Of a stretch of 64,000 nucleotides of DNA, positions 30,045-38,218 are shown piece after piece; position 1 is the stretch's first letter; every line of letters starts with the position of its first letter. The stretch comes from a virus: positions 1-64,000 of IMG/VR virus record IMGVR_UViG_3300026484_000394; one strand, given 5' to 3'. Made by a program: the position numbers and the translations under genes. The notes beneath the pieces were generated by a model. That model saw only the letters and a list, made by a program, of their open reading frames with translations, had not been told where the DNA came from and did not search any database.

Positions 30045-30346
30045 GAACACTTGAGATTATTATTGGGGACACTACCGAACTATCAGTCGAGATAGAAGAT
30101 GGAGCAGAAGATGCAGATGAATTAAAGTTAACTATTTATGCAAGCAAGAGTCAAGAAGAAGGCTTTACTGGAGAACTTCTCTCTGTCGAGCCATCTTCAT
30201 ATGTTGAAGGCGTTGCCACTTTCATCTTTGAGACAGAAGGGCTGGCTTTTTCTCCAAAGACATTGTTTGGACGCTTTCATATTGAGAACAATAGCAAAAA
30301 GAGCAATACCTATTTCAAACTGAAGTTTGTATATTCTGTGCTATAA
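30041..30346 (+). CDS. Small Ig-like/BppU-N-like structural protein
   Basis: LEIIIGDT...GVATFIFETEGL. Confidence 0.4.
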   Translation: MRTLEIIIGDTTELSVEIEDGAEDADELKLTIYASKSQEEGFTGELLSVEPSSYVEGVATFIFETEGLAFSPKTLFGRFHIENNSKKSNTYFKLKFVYSVL

Positions 30347-30347
30347 T
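30337..30347 (+). promoter_or_regulatory. Extended -10 promoter TGTGCTATAAT
   Basis: Identical to the 2198 motif; 31 nt before ATG 30379. Confidence 0.75.
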
Positions 30348-30378
30348 TCTGTTTCAATAATTCACACAAGGAAAATTC

Positions 30379-31218
30379 ATGAGTTTAATTAGACGTAGAA
30401 AAAAGTCAATCGCAGGTTTAGAGTCAACTCTAGCAAAAGCAGTTCAGAAAGATCAGATTTCTTCTAATCTTGACGATATTTTAAGTGGCGGAGTAGACAA
30501 TAAAGTTAGTTCAACATCTGCTATTCAAGCACTGTATGAAAAAGTAATCCAAAACATCAAAGATAATAAAGTAGTTCTTACTGATATTATTGATGATGCT
30601 GCTGAAACTGGTGGCGAAATAACTTGGTCAATAGATCAGATCAAATCGTTTGTTGCTTCTGTTAATGACAGTATTGTTGTTAGTAATCTTGCAGAAAGAG
30701 ATGAGATTGAAAACCCAGCAAGTACATTAATAGCATTTGTTTTAGACACTGCTGGTGATGAAAGTCTTGGTAAGAGTGAAGGTAACCCTGCTTCATATAT
30801 TTATGTTGAAGGCGATGGCTGGAAGCTAATGCAAGTATTAAAGGGAGATATTGATTTAACTCCATATGTGAAAAAAGATTCTATTGTAAATAACATCACT
30901 GAAGGTGGAGCTGGAGTTCCTTTATCGGCTGAGCAAGGTGTTGTTCTTGCAGCGATGATTGCCGAAGGAATTAAACTTGCTTCAGTAGAGATGGTTGTAG
31001 ACGCTCTTGTTGTAGACGGAAATTATATTACTCTTACTTATGAAGCGAGAGGAGCAATCGTTAATAATACTATTGAAATAGAAGTTGATGATGGAATTTG
31101 GGATATTGTTGATATTGAAAAAGATGCAGACAATGCGAAAAAATACAAAATTCTTTCAGATAATGATTCTGAGTATGATGGAAAGAACTGTAAAGCTTCT
31201 TATATTAAACAAAAGTAA
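30379..31218 (+). CDS. Tail fibre-like protein
   Basis: IVNNITEGGAGVPLSAEQGVVL trimeric fibre repeat motif; TWSIDQIK. Confidence 0.6.
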   Translation: MSLIRRRKKSIAGLESTLAKAVQKDQISSNLDDILSGGVDNKVSSTSAIQALYEKVIQNIKDNKVVLTDIIDDAAETGGEITWSIDQIKSFVASVNDSIVVSNLAERDEIENPASTLIAFVLDTAGDESLGKSEGNPASYIYVEGDGWKLMQVLKGDIDLTPYVKKDSIVNNITEGGAGVPLSAEQGVVLAAMIAEGIKLASVEMVVDALVVDGNYITLTYEARGAIVNNTIEIEVDDGIWDIVDIEKDADNAKKYKILSDNDSEYDGKNCKASYIKQK

Positions 31219-31236
31219 TCTAGCCTCTCTTTCGTA

Positions 31237-31304
31237 ACCCTTTGCGAGGCGTATTTTTTTAGGTATAATTACTTAAAAATTTCGCCGATTCGCATACAAG
31301 GGGT
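31237..31304 (+). promoter_or_regulatory. Long hairpin centred on TATAAT (31264-31269) that pairs with the RBS of 31310
   Basis: Nested arms CCCTT/AAGGG, TGCGA/TCGCA, GGCG/CGCC, TTTTTAGGTA/TACTTAAAAA. Confidence 0.7.
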
Positions 31305-31309
31305 AAATC

Positions 31310-32242
31310 ATGAATTTTAAAGAACAAGCTATTCAAATAGCATCCGCAGAAGACCCATATGGGGAATTTGAAAAAGCCGCATCCGAACTTTCAAGCAATC
31401 ATAAAACAACTTTAGCACGAGAAGTAAACAAGCAATTCTTCCTTAGTCGACTAAACGGTGAAAATGAAAATATAGCTTTTGATATTATCCAGCCTTCTGC
31501 TTCAAGTTCTGTATCGCATACAGATATAGAACAATCCGTTGTTGAGAAAACAGCATCTGTTTCTCAAGACACTCTGCCAAATAAGAGTCACTTAGTGACG
31601 AGTGACATGTTCTCTTTAGGAGAAACAGTCTACAGAGGCAAGCATTCTTCGTCTTTTGGTGGAGCATCAGAACATCTTGAAAAAATAGCTGAAGCCCAAG
31701 TAGATGAAATACATCAGCAAGCAAAAGAGCTTCGTCAAGATAACTTGGCCACTGCTAAAATGAGAGTGCGAGCAGACTTAAGTGAACAACTAATGTTATG
31801 TACAGAGGATTTATGTAAAGTAGCTAGTGATGCTTCCGAATTCAGAAGTGTAGCCAAAATGATGTTAGATGTATCTCTTACGGACGATCTTTCTGCAATG
31901 GTAACGATGTTTAACGATACCGAAGCAAATATTGTTAAAGTAGCCTCAGTACCTCTCTCTTTCGACAAAGTAGCTTTAACAACATCATATATCCAGCAAA
32001 TACTCTCTCTTCGTGAAAACAAAGAAGCACTTCAAGAAGCAGACACTGTTGAAAAAGTAGCATTTCTTGGAGCTTTAATAGGAGGGGTTGCAAGAAAAAT
32101 AGGGGGTGGAGTAGCAGGAGTACTTGGAGGAACCGCTAAAACCGTACTAAAGCACCCCGGCAAGGTAGCGGGAGTAGGCCTTACGGGAATCTCTGCAAAG
32201 AGTGGTATTAACAGCTCATATAAAAAAATTAGTGGGCTATAG
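31310..32242 (+). CDS. Putative head protein with seven K-x-A motifs and a cationic Gly-rich C-terminal peptide
   Basis: KAAS, KTAS, KIAE, KVAS, KVAS, KVAL and KVAF, then FLGALIGGVARKIGGG... Confidence 0.55.
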   Translation: MNFKEQAIQIASAEDPYGEFEKAASELSSNHKTTLAREVNKQFFLSRLNGENENIAFDIIQPSASSSVSHTDIEQSVVEKTASVSQDTLPNKSHLVTSDMFSLGETVYRGKHSSSFGGASEHLEKIAEAQVDEIHQQAKELRQDNLATAKMRVRADLSEQLMLCTEDLCKVASDASEFRSVAKMMLDVSLTDDLSAMVTMFNDTEANIVKVASVPLSFDKVALTTSYIQQILSLRENKEALQEADTVEKVAFLGALIGGVARKIGGGVAGVLGGTAKTVLKHPGKVAGVGLTGISAKSGINSSYKKISGL

Positions 32243-32244
32243 TC

Positions 32245-33495
32245 TTGAAACTAGCTAAGCTAAGAGAACAATACTCACCTTCTATGCTTTCAAAGATTGA
32301 AGCTGGTGTGAGAAACAATGTCCTAGAATTGTTTTCCGAGGATGAATACGAAGCCAATAAATGGACTATTGAGAACATATTTGTTCAGCCTGTTCTATAT
32401 TCAACCTTACTTCAGTACCAGACGATATATGAGCAAAAGACTTCTGTGTCCGTAAAAGACATTTTGTCTGACGATGAAGCAACAGATGGAAAAAAGCAAG
32501 CATACTTGAGTGCATTCGCAGATGCTCTAAATATATCTTCGGAGGGAATGGAAGCTAGTGCTCTTACTACTGCCATTCAGAATAAATTATCAATCGCTGA
32601 GATTGACTTATTGCGAGAGATACAAAAGTGCACCAGTTCGTATTCTATTGTTAAAAACATTATTGGTGGAACTTCCAAACACAGTCACAGAAGTTCACCT
32701 GAGTATATATATTTTCTTGTTAATAAGTTCGCTGCTGTAGTTATTTCAGAAGGTTTAGTTCAAGAAGTTCCTTTGGTGGAACTGGAATCGCAGTCAATCA
32801 CAGTTAATGACATGCTGAGATATAAGAACGCTCGCAATACCGGAAACCTATATGGCTATGTAGATGTATATATAGATTCGAAAATAACTTCTGAGCAGTT
32901 TGGGTTCTCTCTTGAAGAGGGCGAGACAAAGACAATATCTCTTCCTCTTAAGAAGTGGAAAACAATCAAAGTATCCTCAACCCAAAAAGAATCAGTAAGG
33001 TGTGTTTCTTTTGGTGGAACAATGGTTGGATTTGGGGAAAGAGAATTAGAGTTTCATATTACTGGTCCAGCCACAGGAACAATTAATGCGGATAGCTATG
33101 CTTCAGATTTAGATAAAGAAGCTGAGATTCGAGAACAGCTTCCAAAACTTGACATAGAGTTTTCTGGACTCATTCCCGTAGAGTTAACAATTGAACTGCT
33201 TAATGGCAATGCCGTAGATAAGATAGCAGAGTCTGTTAAGTCTAGCTTTTTTGGGGGCAATTGGAATAGTAGAATAGCCTCCCTGCACTCTCTATCCCTT
33301 CAGAATGGAAATGGCATACAAAAGATAACAGCAAGGGTGTTCGTGAACCCTATGCTTTCAAAAGAAATTGTTTTCTATGGAAATGCATTCTCTTTAAGTA
33401 GATATGGAATGCTCGACTGGATTGGGTATGGAAATACACTATTTAAAGTGAAAAGCTTAATTGACATAGAGAGTGGACATGCTACATCCTTATAA
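32245..33495 (+). CDS. Possible baseplate wedge (J-like) protein
   Basis: IENIFVQP... and DMLR...GYVDVYI segments; adjacent to the tape-measure-like gene; weak. Confidence 0.35.
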   Translation: MKLAKLREQYSPSMLSKIEAGVRNNVLELFSEDEYEANKWTIENIFVQPVLYSTLLQYQTIYEQKTSVSVKDILSDDEATDGKKQAYLSAFADALNISSEGMEASALTTAIQNKLSIAEIDLLREIQKCTSSYSIVKNIIGGTSKHSHRSSPEYIYFLVNKFAAVVISEGLVQEVPLVELESQSITVNDMLRYKNARNTGNLYGYVDVYIDSKITSEQFGFSLEEGETKTISLPLKKWKTIKVSSTQKESVRCVSFGGTMVGFGERELEFHITGPATGTINADSYASDLDKEAEIREQLPKLDIEFSGLIPVELTIELLNGNAVDKIAESVKSSFFGGNWNSRIASLHSLSLQNGNGIQKITARVFVNPMLSKEIVFYGNAFSLSRYGMLDWIGYGNTLFKVKSLIDIESGHATSL

Positions 33496-34189
33496 TATTT
33501 TATATCCTACTCAGCATCAGACAGTAGAAAGTGACCCTTACTTTAAGGCCTTTAAAAAATATCTTGGAGCAACAGAAGAAATTATTGTAGCTAACCGTGC
33601 AAATGTTAAACAAGGCCGTATCATTATTCCTTGCCATATTGTTGACATAGATGACGATAACTTTATGTTTGCAGATAGAGATGATATCAATATTTCCTCT
33701 ATTGTTTCCCAAGTTAGTTTTAATGGAGAGTGGGTTTTGTCCGACCTAGAGGATTCTATTAGTAAAGAACATGATTTCTATCAAATGGTAAATGATATTG
33801 TTTTTGTTGTTTGCAAGGCAGAACCTATTATTTATCATTCTACTGTCACTGGGGACTTGAGTGCGGATGGTGTTTTTTTTCTGCAGTCAACCTCAGAAAA
33901 AATCGCAACCATCTCCAACTTAGTCCTTCAATCGTCAATTTCATTTGAAGAGAAGATAGTAGAGATTCAAGACAACATTGTCACGACAGATAAAAGAATT
34001 ATTAAATTAAACCACATAGATATGTTTCACTATTCAGTGGATGATGTAGTAGTGAAAGGTGTTTTCTTTGACCCTGTTGCAACTGTAAGCAACTCTGATG
34101 GCTATATAGAAATATCTCTGCCTAGTGACAAAATGTATCTAAAAGAGCATCTAAATTTCCAGACAAATATTTATTTCAAAGAGGTGTAA
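33473..34189 (+). CDS. Hypothetical (baseplate region) protein
   Basis: Overlapping ORF in operon. Confidence 0.7.
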   Translation: MDMLHPYNILYPTQHQTVESDPYFKAFKKYLGATEEIIVANRANVKQGRIIIPCHIVDIDDDNFMFADRDDINISSIVSQVSFNGEWVLSDLEDSISKEHDFYQMVNDIVFVVCKAEPIIYHSTVTGDLSADGVFFLQSTSEKIATISNLVLQSSISFEEKIVEIQDNIVTTDKRIIKLNHIDMFHYSVDDVVVKGVFFDPVATVSNSDGYIEISLPSDKMYLKEHLNFQTNIYFKEV

Positions 34190-34191
34190 TA

Positions 34192-37100
34192 ATGCAAGAC
34201 CCAATGGCTACACAAACTCAATCTAGCATGTATCTTAATCCTTGGCAATCAATGCTGTCTCACCCATCCATGATGGGTACTGGACCGCAAGGCTTTGTAG
34301 ACCCATCTTCATTGAGCTATTATCAGAATAGTTACGGCAGCAATATGTCAAATATTGCGAGTAGTCAATATGGACAAATTCATTCAAACGCATTTTCTAA
34401 TGCAGCATTACTAAATACTGGAATGGTAGCTCCAGGTGCAGGAATGAACATGTCAATGCTTAGACAGCATCAAGCAAATGCGTCAATGAATATGGGACAT
34501 AGTATGACAACTACTGGTATTGGGCTAATGGGTGGTTTTGCTGGGGCTACGATAGGTTCACGGTTTGGTGCCATTGGTGGTGTTATTGGTGGTATTGTTG
34601 GCGAAGCAGCAGGTTCCATGGTAGGGGTTTTAGCTGAAGATGGTTTAAATACTCTTTCAGGAGTTCATCGCTCCATGGGACTATTGGCTAATCCAGACAG
34701 TCCCTACGGTGGTGGCTATGGGCATTCTACCTCTGATGCGAAAGATGTATATTCATCTATTCAAGATATGTCTATGGATGATATTACTTTTAGTCAGCAA
34801 GAAATTGGTCGAATACTTAACGAAGGCATTAAAACAGGCCAGATTTCTGGAGGCTCTACAGATCAAATAAAAACTAAACTGAAAGAACTGAAAGAGACTG
34901 CAAAAGGACTAGCTTCAATGTTTGGGACCAATGATATCTCCGAAATAATGGATCATATGAGAAAGCTAGGTGGAAGTGGACTTATGGCGGCGGATACAAA
35001 GCAGGTTGCAGCAGATGTTGCAGTGGCAGCAAGAGCACTCGGAGTAGATGCTCAGCAGTATGGGGTGGCTTATGAAGCAAGAAGTAAAGCTAAATCTGAT
35101 ATGGGGGGTCATTCTGAGCAAATGAACTTATTGTTAGATGCTAGGGTAGATGGCTTTATGTCATTGGGAGACAAGACCTCTCTTTTGTTTGGGGGGAGTA
35201 AAGATAAAAGAGCAAAAGTAAGCCAAGAACTATACCAAATAGAGGCAAACTTATTCGGCAGCTCTACCACAAGTTCAGTTTTATTGTCAGAGCAGAACAC
35301 AATGTCAAAAGAACAAATAGTTATGTCCTCTAAAGCTTTTGCAAGAGAGTCATTCTTAAATAGTGACAGAGAGAATTTGACAAAAGAAGCTTCTTCATCA
35401 GGTCAGCCTCTTTCATCTGTTGTAACTTCTAAATTTGAAGCCCTATCGGAGAAAGAGAAGAGAAAGTTTTACGATATTGGGAACAAGAAGGTGTTGAGTA
35501 AATGGGAAGATAAGAAAGGTATGTACGAGGATGTCGTAAGCATTTCCCCCGATGTTTTCAGTATAAGGGAAACTGATGCATACAGTTCTTTTGATGCACA
35601 AGCTTTGAAAAATGCCACTCAAGATGATTCTAAATTTGTATTCAGTAATACTGATTTGGCAAACAAGAGTATTCACTCTGTTTTCAAAGCTATTCAGTTT
35701 GGCTTTGGGAAAGAAGAGTCGATCGGTACCGGGAATATCTCTACTGATGTATACAAATTAGCAAATGCAATGACGGAAGACATGAATGGTGGGGTTGCGA
35801 AAAAGGCACAGGACATTCACGACCAGATGAAAGCAGATCGTGAGCAAAAGAGTATCTTAATGAATACAAATAGAGCTGGATTCATAGAGAAGATATACCG
35901 AAAATACTCAAACAAGGCTACAGATTTTGTTGTAGATATTTCTACAAAAGCCATGTATGATGCTGAATTTTCTGGCACTGCAGAGAGTGACGGGATGTCT
36001 AAAAAAGAAATATTTTCCAAGTATTCAAAAGAGATCTCAGAAGGTAAATCAGGATTAGATAAGAGGTTTTCTTTAGATTCTATGCTTACTCAAGGAGGCA
36101 GAAGTTTTAGTGCACTTGCTTGGATGAAAGACAAAAGTGCTACAAAAGCAGACACTATTGTAAACTCTTCATTAGCTGCCGTAGGAGACTACCAAGTAGT
36201 AATACAGGAAAGTAAGAGTCAAGCACTAGCCCAATTGATGGCAGGAGAGTATAGCAAAGATAAACGTAATCATGGGTCAGAGACGAAAATGCAGAATCTC
36301 TTGTCTGTCGCGTCAGGTAAAATAAGTGTTGACGAGTGGGCAAAAAATAGGGATATCCGATCTAGCCAAATTCAAGAAGATGCGAAAAGCTTTAAAAGCA
36401 CTATGTCAAGGTCAACAACAAATAGACATCGTCAGCTAAAGAACGCTTTGACAGAATTTGATGATACTCATTCATCGGGATATTTTAATGTGGCTGTGAT
36501 GGCAAAAGATGAACTGTTTTATTCAGGAAGAAGGGTTGCAAAAAACAAGGTAGCAAGAGTAAATAAAAAACCAAAATATACAGAAAAAGTGAGTAGTTAT
36601 TTGCAATCCATTAATCAAGGCTCTGATGATGATATTAAAACTCGATTGGAGTTTGCTAAGAAACTGGAGAGTGGAGAGTTAAAAAAAAGCATTGATGAAA
36701 AAGGCTTCAGTCAAGTAGTAGATGATTTTATGTCCTCAGATGCAAACAAGAAACTTAGTGGAAAGAGACATATTGCAGACAAAATCAAGAATTCTAATGG
36801 AGATATTAAGTCTCTATATTCGGATATGTTTAAGGATACTGCAAAAAGAGAAAAATTTAAAGCTGGTGGAGCGGACATAAAGTCTATGTTGGATTCTATT
36901 GGGGTGAATGTTTCTGGAAATTTGTCCAAAGATGACTATTTGGATACAAAAGATATGCTGAGAGATGGAAAATTTTCCAAACAAATAACACAGCTATTGG
37001 GAGAAGGGGTGGATGCAAAAAAAATACAGACGAATTTAGCTAATGCTATTGACGGAAATGAAAAAGCACTTGCTCTAGCAAACTCCCCTTTCGCTGGACA

Positions 37101-37866
37101 GGTGACTCAATTGTATGCAGCAGATAAGAACAATAGTCCTCTTCAAAAAGAGGCTAATCACAGCCTGAAATTCAGAAAAGGACTTGTGGGCTTCGGAGAA
37201 TTATCACAAGAGAGAAAAGAGGCTGTGTTAACTGCTGCCAAAGGGGCAGCAGCTGTCACTAAAGGTGATAACAGAATTGAACATGCTTTAAGTATTCGCA
37301 ATAAACTAGATAGCTATTCTGACCTTGATGAGGAAGAAAAAATAATAGCTACCAACCTCTCTTCATATGAAGATATTGGAGATGTGGATCTAAAAAACCT
37401 GTCTTCTTTTGCTGCAAGCACAGATATGAGCGGTCGTTTTATGAAAGAAATGAGGACAATCACAGGGCAAAGCTTAAGAACAGAGGACGACCAGGGGCAT
37501 ATGAGAGATGCTTTTGCTTTATTTAAAGAGGAAGAAGATGGGTCTTTTGATCTGCGAACAACTTCTGAAATGAAAGAAGTGCTTGGCGGTGACGGGAAAA
37601 TGTCAAGCCATTTCAAAGACTTATGGGAAGAGAAATTTAATGAGTCTTACAATGAAAAGAATGCATCTGAAAAAAAGATAAATTCATTTCAATCTTTCAT
37701 AGCTGAGAATGCTGGGATGGGAGGAAAGCTAGATGCTTTTGAAAGCTCTTTAAATGGAGGAGCTAGTATGAAGGCTACTGAAACGCTTTTAACAAGTATT
37801 GATTCGACACTTGCTCAAATCGCTAAAAATACAGAGAATAAAACATCAATTAAAAGTACGGAATAA
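34192..37866 (+). CDS. Tape-measure-like protein
   Basis: 1224 aa, mostly helical and Ala/Lys/Ser-rich; Gly-zipper hydrophobic segment near the N-terminus; C-terminal LLTSIDSTLAQIAKNT typical of TMP ends. Confidence 0.65.
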   Translation: MQDPMATQTQSSMYLNPWQSMLSHPSMMGTGPQGFVDPSSLSYYQNSYGSNMSNIASSQYGQIHSNAFSNAALLNTGMVAPGAGMNMSMLRQHQANASMNMGHSMTTTGIGLMGGFAGATIGSRFGAIGGVIGGIVGEAAGSMVGVLAEDGLNTLSGVHRSMGLLANPDSPYGGGYGHSTSDAKDVYSSIQDMSMDDITFSQQEIGRILNEGIKTGQISGGSTDQIKTKLKELKETAKGLASMFGTNDISEIMDHMRKLGGSGLMAADTKQVAADVAVAARALGVDAQQYGVAYEARSKAKSDMGGHSEQMNLLLDARVDGFMSLGDKTSLLFGGSKDKRAKVSQELYQIEANLFGSSTTSSVLLSEQNTMSKEQIVMSSKAFARESFLNSDRENLTKEASSSGQPLSSVVTSKFEALSEKEKRKFYDIGNKKVLSKWEDKKGMYEDVVSISPDVFSIRETDAYSSFDAQALKNATQDDSKFVFSNTDLANKSIHSVFKAIQFGFGKEESIGTGNISTDVYKLANAMTEDMNGGVAKKAQDIHDQMKADREQKSILMNTNRAGFIEKIYRKYSNKATDFVVDISTKAMYDAEFSGTAESDGMSKKEIFSKYSKEISEGKSGLDKRFSLDSMLTQGGRSFSALAWMKDKSATKADTIVNSSLAAVGDYQVVIQESKSQALAQLMAGEYSKDKRNHGSETKMQNLLSVASGKISVDEWAKNRDIRSSQIQEDAKSFKSTMSRSTTNRHRQLKNALTEFDDTHSSGYFNVAVMAKDELFYSGRRVAKNKVARVNKKPKYTEKVSSYLQSINQGSDDDIKTRLEFAKKLESGELKKSIDEKGFSQVVDDFMSSDANKKLSGKRHIADKIKNSNGDIKSLYSDMFKDTAKREKFKAGGADIKSMLDSIGVNVSGNLSKDDYLDTKDMLRDGKFSKQITQLLGEGVDAKKIQTNLANAIDGNEKALALANSPFAGQVTQLYAADKNNSPLQKEANHSLKFRKGLVGFGELSQERKEAVLTAAKGAAAVTKGDNRIEHALSIRNKLDSYSDLDEEEKIIATNLSSYEDIGDVDLKNLSSFAASTDMSGRFMKEMRTITGQSLRTEDDQGHMRDAFALFKEEEDGSFDLRTTSEMKEVLGGDGKMSSHFKDLWEEKFNESYNEKNASEKKINSFQSFIAENAGMGGKLDAFESSLNGGASMKATETLLTSIDSTLAQIAKNTENKTSIKSTE

Positions 37867-37879
37867 TTATAAGTATTTT

Positions 37880-37890
37880 TATGTTATTAT
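37880..37890 (+). promoter_or_regulatory. Extended -10 promoter TATGTTATTAT for groES-groEL
   Basis: One mismatch to TRTGnTATAAT; intergenic. Confidence 0.55.
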
Positions 37891-37951
37891 TCAGACATAT
37901 TCTGCAGGGTTCTATTTATATCTAGACCTTGCTACAAAACAAGGAGTTTAT

Positions 37952-38218
37952 ATGTTAGAAGCATACAAAGAAGTGATTATTACAAGAAGACTTGGGAACA
38001 GTAAAGAAAGTGAAATGGGGGCAGTAAGAACATCCTCTGAGAAAGCAGAATCCCTTAAAGTGGAAGTGCTAAGTTCAAATGTGCATATGGTAAATGCTGG
38101 AGACAAACTTTTGATTGCAAAATACTCCGGAACTGCAGTTACTTATAAGGGCGAGGATGTTGTGTTTATACGAGAAGAGGATATCTTAGCGTCAATTATA
38201 GGAAGAGATGATGCATAG
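37952..38218 (+). CDS. groES: Co-chaperonin GroES (Cpn10)
   Basis: VNAGDKLLIAKYSGTAVTYKGEDVVFIREEDILA. Start at ATG 37952 behind AAGGAG (track start 37799). Confidence 0.9.
   Translation: MLEAYKEVIITRRLGNSKESEMGAVRTSSEKAESLKVEVLSSNVHMVNAGDKLLIAKYSGTAVTYKGEDVVFIREEDILASIIGRDDA

Noticed and set aside
37867-37951. CIRCE/HrcA operator upstream of groES
   Set aside because: No TTAGCACTC-N9-GAGTGCTAA match.
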